DNA of 63,977 bases, filler included, from Saprolegnia diclina VS20 (Eukaryota), in assembly GCF_000281045.1 (NCBI RefSeq). It is 6 parts of 4 records of this genome, joined end to end, with 100 filler letters (N's around TTAATTAATTAA, not from the genome) between each part and the next. Parts side by side here need not be neighbours in the genome. Positions count along the whole stretch, not along the records: positions 1 to 19,756 come from NW_008246151.1; 5 more parts are not named here. One strand, 5' to 3'. The position numbers were made by a program, and so were the translations under genes. The number at the start of each line of letters is the position of its first letter. Position 1 is the first letter of the stretch. Below, in pieces: positions 1-13,339 of this stretch. The notes beneath the pieces are model-generated. The model was not told where the DNA came from. It ran no database searches and saw only the letters and a program-made list of their open reading frames with translations.

Positions 1-647
1 TACACTGGGTTCCACTCCCACACGGTGGTTTTTTATGGAATTGGTTCAAAATGTGGCGGACGTGCGGCGCGAGAAGGGAGGTGCGTGGCAAATGACGTCT
101 TTCACAATGGCGAGCTTGCTCAGGAGGCAAAGGGCGTTAAACCTCTATTATTCTTGCCAGGACCTCGGGTGAGGTGAGGCTTGTCAAGAATGCTAGCAAG
201 ATGCCGGTGGACACCTTCGTAAAAGGTCGTTTCGACTTCCAACGCGCGCAAAACACAAATGTGTTCCCTTGTGCGCTGCCATGGAGGTAGCCCTTTGACT
301 TACACCAGTTCAGCTCTGTTTTGCCGCATGGGACTCAAGTGTCGCTGCTAATTGGCACGCGAAGCAGTCGGCAGGTTTATGCTCTGCTCGGGACGTTTGC
401 CGTTGGATCCCCAAGGGATTCCAAAATCCAGCGGAACCGTATCCGGATACTCGTCCTATCCTGGTTTCGAGTCGTTCACCGCCGACGACACCGTCGATGG
501 TCGACTCGTTTTGTTTCGTACGCACTACTTGTCGAGGTGACGGTATTTGTGCAATGCGCGGGCGTTGTAGCAGGTCGTCTGTCGAGGCCAACAATAGCAT
601 TTTGAACCTCCACTGTGAAAAACCTATTTTCATCGGGAGGCAGCCGC

Positions 648-2853
648 ATGACGCTTTTGGGCAAGGACGCCGACCCTGCTGAAGTGACTGTGCATGCGAC
701 GGGTCTCTCTTCGTCCCCACCAAAATTAGCGGTCGGACGACAGCAGCACGTGAGCGTCGGTCAAATGCTCCAGCGCCAACACCGCGGTTCGTTCAGCGAC
801 GCGGAGCCCGCTGCGGTGGTAGCATCCAGTGGCACCGTTGCCGACATAAAGACGGCAGAGCCGGCACCAACATCCGTCATCACGCCCTCCGTCGTCCCCA
901 AGCTCACGGACCACGTGCGCAACTTTCGTCAAGTGCTAAAAGAGCTGGTCGCGCAAGGGTAAACAACATATTTGCCAGTCTTTGTGCTTATATAAGTACA
1001 CAGGGCCATTGTCACCAACAACAAGACACTCTACACGCAGCAAGGCAACTTGGCGTTCTACACGCGGGTGTGGCGTGTTTTCTCACAGAATTCTCACGTT
1101 TGTCTAGAAAAACGTCACTCGGCGTCTACAACTGCGCCGGCACCCGGAGCTCATTCGGCTGAGTAAGCTTTTCTGGGCGACCGTGGTGCCGCCCATGGTT
1201 GAGACAATGGACGTCCACCGCTACGAGCAAATCTTTCTCCGGATTCACAAAGTGCTGGCCAAGATCTATCGCGTTGAGGCCGGTGCCATCAACCTCGAGG
1301 TGAGTGGTTCGACTCTAGCGGATATCCAATGACAATTGGATTTATACCAGGATGACTGGCGACGCGACACGAACGGCGACTGTCGAGGCTTAAGCTACGA
1401 GCTTTTTCACGCAGCATTGTTTGAAACCATCGGTAGCGCGCATCCTCCAAAGCGCTGGAGAGCACTGTTTTCTTTGGCTAGATATCTGGTGCAACTCGGT
1501 CAAGGTCCAAGACGTACGATACCCTTGTCTCTATGGAGCTGTAGTGACGCGTTGGCGATAGTACATCAACCTCTTGGCATCGCTCCTCGACGGTATCACG
1601 CGCTTGAACAAAGAAGACGTCGCCTTTCTCAAATCTCTCCGAGGTATTAGCCCTACCCTCGTTCCTTCAAACACGCTAGGTGCTTGGTTTAGACATTCGC
1701 GCACTCGATACAAAAGTCCGACCTCTCTCAGCGCCGTCGGCGCGAACCAAGTCGACGTCGCCGACCAAACCGATAGCGGAAGAAGCACATTTTCTGAAAA
1801 AGATCAAGCCCGAAAAAGCCCCACCCCAAAGCGCCCCGCCACGTCGGTCGTCCAAGTCACCCACCAAGCCACTGGTGTCGAATCACGTTCCCACGACGAC
1901 AAAAACAACCATCAAACTGTCACCGACCCGACTTGGTAGCGTTATTTGCTTGCTCAGGTCAAGAATACGTAAATCTACATTTTTCAGGGCACGCCACTGT
2001 CGCGACGCAAACGAGCCGAACGTCACTTCATGACGAAGCCCCGTCACCTCCAGTTTCCGAGTCGTTGAACGAAACATCGACGACGTATCTACCAACGACA
2101 ACCAAGACAGCGTCCAGCGCGTCCAAGACACAACATCCAACAAGAAACAGTCTAGCCAAACCAACGAGCCGACCGAAAAAAAGCCCCTCCCGACCAGCAA
2201 GTCCACCCAAGAGCAGTCCCACGAAACTATCGCCAAGCCCACCCAAAGCGAAAGCGACGGAGTTGCTGCTGGACACTGTAGGCGACCGACAGCAAATGGT
2301 GCCGAGCCCTCCCAAGCCCGATGGCCCCCCCCGGCCGCGACCCAAATCGTCCCCGCTAAAGCGCAGTACACCGTTGGCGCCTCAGCAAGGATACAACAGC
2401 AGCATCGTGTACATCGACATCAACGGCCACGCGGTACCGCCGATCAACTTTGAGTTTGACGTCGACCAGCCGCCGATGGCGCGACCGCACTCGCCAATGC
2501 GAACTCGACCAGCGGCTCGCCTCGGGCTCTCGTCACCGCGACTGCCCGAAACCATCGAAATGGACGTTGAAGGGCACTGTATCGAGACGTCTACTGAAGA
2601 CGCCCCGCGCCGCGTCGCCGTGTGGCAGTACGAGGAAAAGTCGAATGCGGCGCGGCTACCCGAGTGCGCGTCGTCGCCGCTCAAAGGAGCGATTCTGTTT
2701 TCACCCTCCACGTACCCGATCGAGCACCGCTGGATCAAGCGCAGCCAAGCCCGCGCCTTGCACGAGCTCAAAAAGACACAGGACGACGCGCCGCTGTACG
2801 ACTACTTTCACACGTCGCCACCCAAGGTGCCCGAGGACGAGCGTTTGATTTGA
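648..2853 (+). CDS. Multi-exon hypothetical protein with a conserved EF-hand-like domain followed by a long Ser/Pro/Thr-rich tail (paralogue of 3246-5045)
   Basis: Exons joined by short GT-AG introns give YTQQGNLAFYT..RRLQLRRHPELIRLSKLFWATVVPP..MDVHRYEQIFLRIHK..DDWRRDTN..YELFHAALFETI.IWC, collinear with the neighbouring gene. The last exon is the 1933..2853 ORF frame. The start codon is inferred. Confidence 0.7.
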
Positions 2854-3245
2854 CTCCCCGCCCTTTAGTTGTTCTGGTTGTTCTTGCCATCAATAAACAC
2901 GACTAAGGATGCTAACACGACATGGTTTCCTCGACACGCTAGCAAAGACGTCGGCTGTGTCGACTCATTTGCGCATCTCCAAATAAAAAGCGTTTCAACG
3001 GGTCAGTAAGCGTGATGAGTCATCTTGCACGTGCAAGATATGCACCTTGAATTAAAATATATGGAAGCGGACAGCCATTCGTCATTTGCTGGCACCCAAC
3101 CTTGCCCCCCCATGGTACCGAGAGACCCCACGGACTCATAGAGCAGCAAAGTTAGTTCGTCGAGTACCAACGGCCGGGCGTTTAGCATAGGACAAGAAGG
3201 CGGCACTTACCACCCTAAAATGACCCCCTAGAAAGTCGTCACAAC

Positions 3246-5045
3246 TTGTCTATTTTGGAGTGTGAAACGCTTGCCTTTTATAACGAAGTCGTCACTTCCG
3301 ACGACGTCATGGCCGTGCTGAGCCGCCGCCCGACACTCAAGCGGCTTAAATCGCTTGAAGACGTCTTCGATGCGCTCGACGAGCAGCCGTCGCTCGTCGA
3401 CACGGTCGTTGGCGCCAAGGCCAGCGTCCACAGTCCTCGGTCCTCGTCCAACTTTGACATTCGCCAGGCGTTGGCCAGCGTGCACCGCCAGGCTTCGTCA
3501 TCCTCGCTGAACAGCAGCGGTCGCAAAGACGCGGTCCCGACCGTGCCGCGGCTGTTGGGGCACGCCAACAGTCTACGACGCGTCATCGAGCAGCTCGTTC
3601 ACGACGGGTACATCCGCTACAAGCGTACGCATCAACGAGACTATGTGTGCAGCAGCAAACTAGGCGACGCCACGGGACCGTACGACCGCCAAGGCAACGA
3701 AGCGTACTACACTGACGTACTTCGTGCAACGTGCAGCGACATCACATACTCATGAACGCGAACAGGACAACGTGGCGCGCCGCTTGGGCATTCGGTATGA
3801 CCCGATCCTGCTGCGGCTCACGCGTCAGTTTTGGGCTGCGGTCGTGCCGCCAACCAGAGATACCATGGACGTCGAGAGCTATCAGCGCCTCTATCTTCGC
3901 ATTCACAAATACTTGATCGAGCGATATGACATTCGGGACTCGAAAGCCAAAATTCAAGTATGCCATTTGTCGAATTCGGATAAAATTCTCTATTTGCTAG
4001 GACGACTGGTTGCGCGACACCAACAACGACAGCAGTCCGCTCGACTACGAGCTCTTTCACCTTTCTCTCTTTGAGCTCATCGGTACGATGCGGTCACAGC
4101 GGTATCACCATTTTAGTTTATAGACTTGTGGTGCGACTCGCTCGATGCGAATGATGTACATTTGGAAAAAAATGTCTCTCGAGAGCGACACACACACTGT
4201 CTTAGTACGTCCGCCTCTTGTACGCGATCCTGGACGGCGTCTCGCATGTCGAGCACGGCCGCATTCACCTTCGCAAACTCCGTCGTGCGCGCCTCGTGGA
4301 GGCATAACCGACGCTAATTCAACTACACGGCGTAGACGTCCGCTTCCGCGACGTGGCCCTCGCTGTCAAGCGCGTGTCAACAGCCACTGTGCACTGGTAT
4401 TTAGACGCCATGGACGCACTCCGCGTACCCGTCACGGCCAAGCTCGAACGCCAAAACCGCCTTTTGATTTCCAAGCCGGCAGCGACCCACCGGCGAAAAA
4501 CTACGTTGGGGGCGATCCAACTGGCCCAACGGACGGGGCAGCCAGCACGTAGCAACAACAACCGAGCGTCGACACCGCCGGACGGCACCAAAGCCACCAG
4601 TGCAACGGCTAGCAGCCCGTCCCGACCGACATCATCGCCGCCAACGCGTGCGCGGGATCCCAAAGGCATTTTGTACGTCGACCTTCGGTCGCACGCCACC
4701 GACAACGCAAGCCCGCAAGCGCCAACCGACGCAACTGTGGGCGTTGAGCGTCCATCGACCGCACTGGGCGCGAGCAGTTCGAGTACGGCGACGCCGCAGC
4801 TTGACATTGCCGGCCGCTGCGCGCCCTTGAACGCGGCCAAGTCGCCACGCCGCAGCACGCTGACGAGCCGGCAACCTGAGGCGATTCCGCCGCTGAAAGA
4901 CGCACTTATCCACCGCGCTGCGTCACGGCGCGACTCGGCCGAAGCGAATTCGGTGCGTCGTAGCCACGCGCGGGCCAAGCGCGAGCGGCGACGGACCCAC
5001 AACGAGGACTTGAAGCGGGCGCCTCACTACGTACTAGACTCGTAG
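3246..5045 (+). CDS. Multi-exon hypothetical protein with the same EF-hand-like domain and a low-complexity tail; true start probably in an upstream exon
   Basis: ORF pieces 3246-3755, 3724-4074, 4145-4552 and 4353-5045 are linked by short introns. Motifs YDRQGNEAYYT..RRLGIRYDPILLRLTRQFWAAVVPP..MDVESYQRLYLRIHK..DDWLRDTN..YELFHLSLFELI.LWC match the upstream gene. Confidence 0.7.
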
Positions 5046-5299
5046 CTTGGCACCGATGACTCTATCAGCACATTTAGACCGTAGCGCCATTGCTTGATCT
5101 TGCTGCAGCGCTGCATGGCAGCCGATACTGGCGAGCGACCGAGCTGTCGTGGCGGAGGAGGTGGTTGGATCCCGCCTGCTGCATGATCATTGGCGCGTTC
5201 ACATCCGGATACATTCCAAAAGCCAATCATCATCCTCTCTATCCGGATTGCTGAGGACCAATGGTAGCAACCTCAGTGCGTGCCAGAGGTCACAAGATC

Positions 5300-6832
5300 A
5301 TGTCGACGACCAAGGCCGAGAAGTTCGTGCGCCTCCTGAGCGCCAAGCTCAATGAGCTGCCCCACCTGCCCTTCTCGCAGGCCGAGCTGCGCGAGAAGCT
5401 CGAGACCGCGGTCGCCTCGCTGCCCAACTCGGGCCTCAAGGGCCTCCTGCAGCGTGACATGGAGCACTACGTCGCGCTCTTTCAACAGACCGTGACTGCG
5501 ACCGCGGCCGCGCCGGCCTCGGACCGCTGCCTCGCCGAGCAAGAGTACGACCTTCTTCTGCAGGCCACGCACGCGACCAAGCTCGTCGAGATGCCCGTGA
5601 CGCCCGCCGAAGTCTTCTTCAACTACAGCGTGCCGACGACTCTCGATGCGTCGACCGCGTCGCCGACCGAGCTCGTTGACGCCGTCGCGCAGATCTGCAC
5701 CACGCTGGCGCACGAGCTCGCGACAAACGGCCTTGCGTCCGCCTTGCCGTCGCTCCAGGAGCCTGGCCACGCCGTCGCGCTCTACGTCGCCAAGCTCTTG
5801 CCCCTGCTGCATGCGTATCTGGAGCGCATGGCGTCGCACACGGTGTTTGAGGCAAGCGACCGCCTCCAGTCGGTGCTGCTCGACACGCTGCGCCTTGTCG
5901 GCTTCCACCGGCCGCTGCCGACGCCATCGACGCCGTCGATCATCTCGTTCTACACGCCGGCGCCGACGACCGAGACATCGGCGTCGGCCGCCGAGACGCA
6001 TGCCCTCGCGCAGCTCTACGCTGTCACGCTGACCCTCGTCCTTTTCTTCCCCGCGCCAACAAATACGTCGGCGGCCGTCGACTCGGACGACGACTCGGAC
6101 GACGACGAACGAACGGTGACGACGTCGACGACGCCCGACGCGTTCGTCTGCGATCTGCTCGCGGTCGCGTACCTCGAGGCCAAGGGCTGGCTCATCGACG
6201 TGGTGCTCATGGCGCTGTCGCTGCCGCGGCCGGCGTCGGCTGTCGTCGCCAAGGACGCCCCGCTCACGCGCCTCGTGCTTCAGGCGCTGCGGACGATGAC
6301 GTTCGACGTGGGTATGGGCCGCCAGGTCTTGCTGACGCACGTGGCGTGCCTCCGCAAGGCTCGCGTGTACCTCAAGGCTGCCCGCCTCGGCCAGTGCCAC
6401 GAGCTCTCGAGCCTGATCACGCAGCTCACGAGCCTCCCGGTGCCCTTTAAGCTCCTCGACTGGCTGCGTCTTGTGGCGCTCAGTACGTCCTGCGATGTAC
6501 TTTGCGCGTGCGAATTGAGTGTGTAGGCGGTCTCTCGGACGCGTTGCGGACGCAGGTCGAAGCGGTTTTGGCGGCCGAGAAGCCCCTTTGCGTCGACTTG
6601 CTCTCGCCCAAGTGGACGGACGACGACATTCTCGAGCTGCTCGAGGTGCGCCTCGCCATCGTCCTTTCTAGAGATGGCATGTCTCATACCTCTTTTTGAC
6701 TAATAGAAAGTCCAGAGCCAGTCGTCGGTGGTCGAGTCGGGTGCGGACGCCGACGCGGTCGACGCCGAGACGCTCGCGGCGCCGGACGCCGACGTGCCGC
6801 TCTTCTACGTCGACAGCACGGGCGCCAACTAA
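5300..6832 (+). CDS. Hypothetical alpha-helical protein (long first exon plus two short 3' exons, ending ...DVPLFYVDSTGAN*)
   Basis: Long ORF with strong GC3 bias from ATG 5300. Putative introns at ~6484-6526 and ~6647-6706; TAA at 6830-6832. Confidence 0.75.
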
Positions 6833-6946
6833 CTCTACTGAGTTCTTAGCCCACTTATTTGCCCTTACGATTTGCCTCCAAAACTAGTGTCTTTTTGTCC
6901 ACAAACAACGCAGTACAGACAGAGCACACTCGTTGGTCAAGTCACA

Positions 6947-9900
6947 TCAGCGAAACTTGTACCGAATGTAGGGCAGTTCGAGGTCTTCGCCGTCGAGGTC
7001 CGTCGCGCACACTTCGAGGATGAGGTACTTTTGGTTGGGTGGCAGCGCCTGCTTGGTGATCGACGTCACGAGCTCCGAAATCGGCATCGCCATGCGCTCC
7101 TTGGAGCGCGATTTGGCCGAGTACATGGCGTACAGAATCGTGACGCCGTACGACAGCATCGAGACTTCCGCGCCGTACGTCTCTTCAAAGTACGCTAGCA
7201 GCGCCTTGAGCGTCATGTCGCCCTGCGCCATCTCGAGCCGGTCCCACGCAGTCCACTTGTAGTCTTTCTCCATCAGCATCGTCGTCGTCACCTTGGGCGC
7301 AATGGGCTCGGAAAACGCAAAGAGCGGCAACGCGAGGTTCACAAAGCCATTCTTGTACGCTTCGAGCGGCTTCTTGAGGAAGACCTTGATGAGCTCCAGG
7401 CACACAAGACCAGTGACAAGCGCCGTCGTCGTCGCAATCGCCGGAATGATCTTGCCCGCGATGAAGCGCGACTGGTGCAAGTCGGCCTCCGGAATCTTGT
7501 ACGCCCGCGCGCGGAGGTTGGACGTGGCGACAATCACGCGCATGTGCGCGTCATCGTCCTTGTCAAATTCGATCGGGTGCAGGCGCAGCGTCACCGACGC
7601 CGGCGGCGGCAGCGCCACATTGCCCGACGCGCCATCGTTGTTGCTCTTCATTTCTTCGTCGCTGGCCGCAATCTTGACGCCGTCCCGGGGCACAAACGCG
7701 GGGACGTGCACCTTCTGGAGGATCGACGCCCAGTCGCCAGTCACCGGGAGGCCATAGACCTGGGCGCGGGCGGCGGCGACCGACGCGATGAACTCGCCGT
7801 GCACCGGGTCACGCGGTGAAAACACAATCGGCGTCGGCGCGCGCTTCGGCCCCGACCAGAACGGCGTCCCGGTCGTCGTCACTTGGTCGAGCGGGAAGTT
7901 GTGCAGCAGTTGTTTGAGCGAGTTCGCAAAGAGCTCTTCAAACTCCAGCCGCGCGTACGCAACGCAGTCGTCGTAGGATGTTGGCGCCGCCTGAAGCGAC
8001 GACGACAGGCGCGCAAACGTCTCGGCGCTCGCGTTCTGCGCGTGGAGCTTGGCGACAAAGTCGGGGGTCGACACGTAGGCGTTGACGTCGCTTGGCGACT
8101 GAAAGAACGTGCCTTCGAACCAATCGCGCGCCCACTGCAGCGTGTGCTCGATCGCGTTCGGGAAATTCTTGAGCGTGCAGATCGGGATGCTCTTCTCCGG
8201 CGGGTCGCGCGACGCACCATAGTTCTCCGTGGCATGCGGCACAACCACCTGCGTGTTGCCCTTCGTGCCGAGCGTCCCGGATTCGAGCATGGGCAGTCCA
8301 TAAAAGAGGCACCGCGCGTCCATATAGAGGCGCGCCTGGACGTTGTCGAGTGCGGTGCAGACGCCCGAGAGCCGCTCGTAAAACGCATCGTCAAACAGCG
8401 CTTCCGTCTCGTCGCCGACGCGGGCAACGTGCGCCGAGACGCGAACCTCGGGGTTGATGCTGCGAATGGCCTTGGCCGCCGTCGTCGACTTGGCCGACCC
8501 GACGTCCGTGCTCCGGAAGAGAAACTGGCGGTTCAAGTTCGACTTTTCGATCAGGTCCATGTCGGTGAGATGAATGCCGCCGGCCGCCGACGTCCCGAGC
8601 CCCATGAGCGCCCAGTTCTTGAGCATTTCGCAGCCGATGGCTCCGGCGCCGACAAGGAAGAGGTTGAGGCCTTGGAGCATGCTCTGAATCGACTGGCCAA
8701 ACACGGCAATCTGGCCGTCGTAGCGCGAGTCACGGGGCGCACACTCCTCGGCCGTCAACGGCGACGACGGCAGGCACTCCATCGCGTCAAAGTAGAACCA
8801 CTGGTGGATCGGCGTAAACTTGCCCGAACACGCTTTCAGCGCTTCTTGGCCGACGATGCCACCGAGCAGCGCGGTCATGGGCGACACGACACCGCGCGCC
8901 GACCGCGCCAGCGCCCGGACGACCTCCTCATTTGCCTCGGTCCACTCGACCTCGATCGACTTGATGTTTTTGGCGAGCGCAAGCACCTGCGACGCCATGT
9001 CACTGTCGCCCGACGTCGGCAGCGCGCCGTTGGTCGCGGCAAACTGGTCGAGCGCCTGGAACGCCACATGGAGCACCTCGGAGCGACCGATCTTGGCAAA
9101 GTCGCTCAGGAGAAACTCGCCCGGCGTCTCGGTGGCCACATCCATGGGCGCAAAGGCGAGCGTGACCGGCTGCTTGACCTGCGTGACGTAGCCAAACGCG
9201 CCGGATGCAGTCGCACGGGACAGGTTGTCGATCGTAAACGTGTACGGACCCGTGACGGTGATCGGCACGGACGCGCACCCGTTGAGGTGGCTCAAGCCTT
9301 GGATCTCGCGGAAGGTTACGTGGTCGCCTGTCTCCATCTGGTGGCGCGCGTCGTCCGTGACCGTGATGAGGAGCTTGGCCTCGGTCAACGGCGAGACGGA
9401 CGCGACCATGCACGTGATCGGCTGCTCGCCGTCCTTGTCCGCGACGACAAAGGCGTCGCCAAAGTCGCAAAAGACCGACCCAAACACACCACGGGCCTCG
9501 GTCGCAATGAACGCAATGTTGTGCTTGTGGCAGATCTGGTTGATCTGCGTCGCGTAGGCGCGCGACGCATTGCAGAGCACGACAACCTACGCAGCGTGAG
9601 ACCTTATGTAGCATGGACCACATGACGTACGCGGAACTGCCCGAGGAAGGCCTCGTCAATGGCACCGACATGGTGGTGCACGGGCACGTACGGGTTGAGC
9701 TCGGCGAGCTTGCGCCAGCTGGCCTCGGCGCGCCCAACCTGGTTCTTGACATCGTCTTCGGTGATGTAGAACTGCGCCGAGAGGTCCATAAAGGTCGATG
9801 GCGCGTCGTCGGCAACGGTCACCGACTTGACGCCGGCGAGCACGATGTTCTTGGCGATCTCGATGCCGAGCCCGTCGAGGTTGAGGAGGAGGACGTTGGA

Positions 9901-9981
9901 CTCGCCCATGCGCGCCTGAGCCTCGTGGCCCATGACGTAGAGCTGCCGGCTGTAGAGCCCCTCGTCGATCTTGGCGGCCAT
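6947..9981 (-). CDS. UBA1: Ubiquitin-activating enzyme E1 (~996 aa; exons 9981-9631 and 9586-6947)
   Basis: IDEGLYSRQLYVMG N-terminus, VGAGAIGCE adenylation motif, SNLNRQFLF, catalytic PICTLKNFPNAIEHT and IAGKIIPAIATTT. A 44-bp GT-AG intron at 9630-9587 joins the two frames. Confidence 0.97.
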
Positions 9982-11314
9982 GGTTTCGACCTCTGCTTCA
10001 CCACGCAATTTCGACACTGACCTGCATTTTGCCCTCTAGCATACAAAATCCAAGTGTATTTTTTAATAGGAATGGCATAAAAATACAAAATCTTGTTCAA
10101 GAATCCTCGGGCGTCGAGACGATGACGACGACGGCTGCTGCGCCGACGGCCTCGCGGAAGAGCTGCGCCATGAACAAGGCTGCGTCCATCGCAGGCCAAG
10201 ACGCCATGGTCCATGCAAGGAACATTCATGTACGTATGATGCTATAGCTGCGTCCATGGACGAGCTCGGTCGGACGACGTCACGGTGGCGTCGACTGACG
10301 CGTTGGCCTCTGCATGGCTCTGCTCTCGAAAACCACGTCGACCATGGCGTGCTTGGCAGCGGCACGTAGTGCGCACACGCCAAAGACATGCAAGCATGAC
10401 AAAGGACGTCGGCGCTTCATACGTCAACACGTTTGCTCAGGTCCGCGAGCAAAAGCTACGTTGGACGAGCTCGACACGAGGCCCAGATGCATCGCCGCAG
10501 CGCTGCGCTTGTCCGTGCAAAGATGGAACGATGGCATGTCTCCTAGTACAGCTTCATCAGAATGCATAGTAATGCGCGTGGCCTTCTCTGTCAACATGAG
10601 GGTGACCGGCTTCGCCACGTCGGTCATCAAACACCATGATCAGACACGCACGTCATTAAAAGAAAGAGGGATGCATTGTCAGTGCCACAAACTATTCTGT
10701 AATCTCAAACTTCTGTAAACGAATGTGACTGTTAAGCCTCTGCCCCCGCCGGGAGCGGAGCGAGTGCGTATCGATCTGGCGCGAAGCGCTGCACGGCAAA
10801 GGCGTGCACCAAGAGGCCGTGGAGTGCGTCATGGCTCTTTAAAGTGGATCCCGCGGCTTCTATTGGCTGAAAATGGCATGCTGACGGAATTTGGTGCGTT
10901 GATTGGCTACATTGCGCCGTGTTTGATGCTGTCGTTGCGGAGCTCGACCTCCCACCGGCGCAGCATGGGCACAGCTTTTTCCTGTGTGGCATTGACAATA
11001 CTGGCAAAATTTGATCTCGGATATCAACCTTGCGCAAGTGCGCTTCGGCGGCGGCATCGCTGGCGCATCAACTGGTCATCCCGCGTGCTAGTCTACGCGA
11101 AGCGGTAGTCGAGTCGTCTCTCAAGAAAAGTGCGCTCTGGAACGTCGTCTCCGTTTTTCGCTTGATTCGGTTCATGCGCGCGGCCAACGATGATGCGTTG
11201 CCCCATCTCCTCTGTGGTGTCTGCAACGGCACGTACGGCAATGATGCCGTCGTCCGTGGCGGCTTCGGTGAAGAATAGATCTGCCTCTGGGAAGAAATCG
11301 TTATTGACGGTCAA

Positions 11315-12778
11315 CTACGATGGGCTGAAGATACGCAACTCTGGCACGTTGTATACGGCGCGCAGCTGGAGCTCGGCCGCCACGGCCTGCAGCTTACAGG
11401 AGTCTTGATATACGGAGTGGTTCATGAATTTGAGGATGACACCGGTGCACGTTGTCAGCGCCTCGATCAGCAAGTCGGCCGCTGCGTAGTCCAAATTATT
11501 GCTGTCCAGGCATAGCTCAAATGGTCGGCGTCGGTGAGTATCACAGAGCGTCATGGCGATGACCGCGCCCATTATGTGGTCCACTTCGGTGCCATCCAGC
11601 ACGAGGCGCTCGACACCAGCCGCCATCCATTGCCGAAGGCAGCGGCCAAATCGCAGCGGCGTTGCGAGCAGATCTTCAGCATGGCTGAGCGACACGCTTT
11701 GGAAGCATGGCGACTGCGACGCCCATGCGAGGAGATCCCACCCGGCGCCGTCGATCGTACATTGGTTCAAGCTCAAGGCCCGCAAGTGGCGAGGGGCGTC
11801 GATCGCATTTGGCATCGCATGCAGCGTGCACTTTTGCAACGTGAGGTCGCGCAGCATCAACATGCGCGGCAGCAGCGCCAGAACAAACGTATAGTCGGAT
11901 GTGTCGTTCCCGATGAGCTCGAGCGCGCACAGCGTCGAGAGCGAGATCACGTTGGATAACAGTCGCACGTCGATATGGCCACTGTCTGTTTCAAGGCGCA
12001 GCTTTGTGATGTTGGGCAGTGGCACATTGGCATCGAGGAGGCCCCGAACGACACCGTCGACGCCCAACAGCGAGAGGCTCGTGAGCGATGAAGCGGCGGC
12101 AATCGCGCGCCCCAAGCTCGTATCGTGATTGAAATCGAGGCAGCGGAGCCCCAAGTGTTGCGCGCGACCCGAGGCGAGCCACGCTGTGAGAATTGGTAGC
12201 CAGCTCTCGCTTGCAAACGCATTGTTGTACGCTGCGGTAATCTCTATGCGCGTGACGGACTGCGCTGCGCACGCGATCGCAGCAGCAAACGGAGCGTCCC
12301 ACGTGTGTACCTCGGTGCGAATACTGCTGAGGTTGTTGCAGTGAACAAGCATGCGACCAAAGACGTCCATGTGGTGCACGTTCGAGGAGACGCGAATGGA
12401 CGTGATCTTGTAACCCCACTTGGCTGCAAAATGGATGATCGCCGTGGCGGGATAAATGGTCCCTAGGACGCCATTGAGCCGGTCAAGATTGTCGACCGAG
12501 ATCGAGCTGAAGGCCGGCAGCGCAGTGAGCACAGTGGACGTGTATTGGCCATCAATGTCTTCGATGCACACCTGCGGCCAGTGGCTGTCGTCCAAGGCGC
12601 CAGGCGTAAGCAAGAGCGTCCGGAGCGCAGTTAGCGGCGCGTCGAGTGCATCACGTGGCAGCGCCTGAAGCAGCGAGAGAACGTCCTTTGTCGAGTCCAA
12701 GCACTGGGCGATGTGGACAAGGACGCCAGCGTGACCCACCGAGATCGGCGCTGCACACGGCCGCTTGGTCATGCTCAT
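11315..12778 (-). CDS. Intronless RNI-like/LRR-like hypothetical protein (lineage-expanded family)
   Basis: ~480-aa ORF with repeated LxxLxL motifs (LTSLSLL, ITKLRL, LCALEL, LRDLTL, LRALSL) after an F-box-like N-terminus (VLVHIAQCL..DVLSLLQAL..HWP). Confidence 0.65.
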   Translation of the reverse strand: MSMTKRPCAAPISVGHAGVLVHIAQCLDSTKDVLSLLQALPRDALDAPLTALRTLLLTPGALDDSHWPQVCIEDIDGQYTSTVLTALPAFSSISVDNLDRLNGVLGTIYPATAIIHFAAKWGYKITSIRVSSNVHHMDVFGRMLVHCNNLSSIRTEVHTWDAPFAAAIACAAQSVTRIEITAAYNNAFASESWLPILTAWLASGRAQHLGLRCLDFNHDTSLGRAIAAASSLTSLSLLGVDGVVRGLLDANVPLPNITKLRLETDSGHIDVRLLSNVISLSTLCALELIGNDTSDYTFVLALLPRMLMLRDLTLQKCTLHAMPNAIDAPRHLRALSLNQCTIDGAGWDLLAWASQSPCFQSVSLSHAEDLLATPLRFGRCLRQWMAAGVERLVLDGTEVDHIMGAVIAMTLCDTHRRRPFELCLDSNNLDYAAADLLIEALTTCTGVILKFMNHSVYQDSCKLQAVAAELQLRAVYNVPELRIFSPS

Positions 12779-13339
12779 CACCACCAACTCGAACTTGGAC
12801 GTACAATCCGGATATAACACTTGAGCTTGGCGTACCTTGATTGGACGAAATGAAATTTGACATGAGCTATGCAATGTGATTGGACGAACGGGCTGTTTGA
12901 CCTTGGGCAAAGCGATCTTGTCCAACGGCAACCATTGCGCTCAATTCATCAGTGTCGCCGAGCCCGATGCCACGCGCGCAGTTGTGCGCCTATATGAGCC
13001 CGAGGGAATAATAACGTGTGGCAAGACGGGCGACAAGCTCTTGACGGGACTAGAACCAGTATTGAACGCTAACACGCCAGCAATCTGCCCTCTGAGACAC
13101 TAAGAGGTAGATCACCCTGCGCCAAGACGCATAGCTTCCGTGATCACATCTTTTCCTCGCCCTCTCGAAGCTCACGACCACTGTCGTCGTGTCCCGCGTG
13201 GCGTCGATAATTCATCGTTGTGAGCAGTGAGCCGACTTCCGTTGACCCGAATGACCGCAGAGAGGGCGAGAGGATCGCGGGAGGGGGAGCTGTAGTGTGG
13301 AACTGCCGCAGCGTTTCGACGCCGAAGACGGCCTCCAAT

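Noticed and set aside
7883..9625. 580-aa + strand ORF antisense to UBA1 (similar long antisense ORFs at 5273-6400, 14266-15474, 52646-53923)
   Set aside because: Shadow ORFs caused by high GC3 in the real gene; Arg/Val-rich with no recognisable motifs.
10120..10700. Possible decayed ankyrin-like gene upstream of UBA1 (CAMNKAAS.., repeated GCTGCGTCCAT)
   Set aside because: Fragments lie in different frames and are too weak to support a call.
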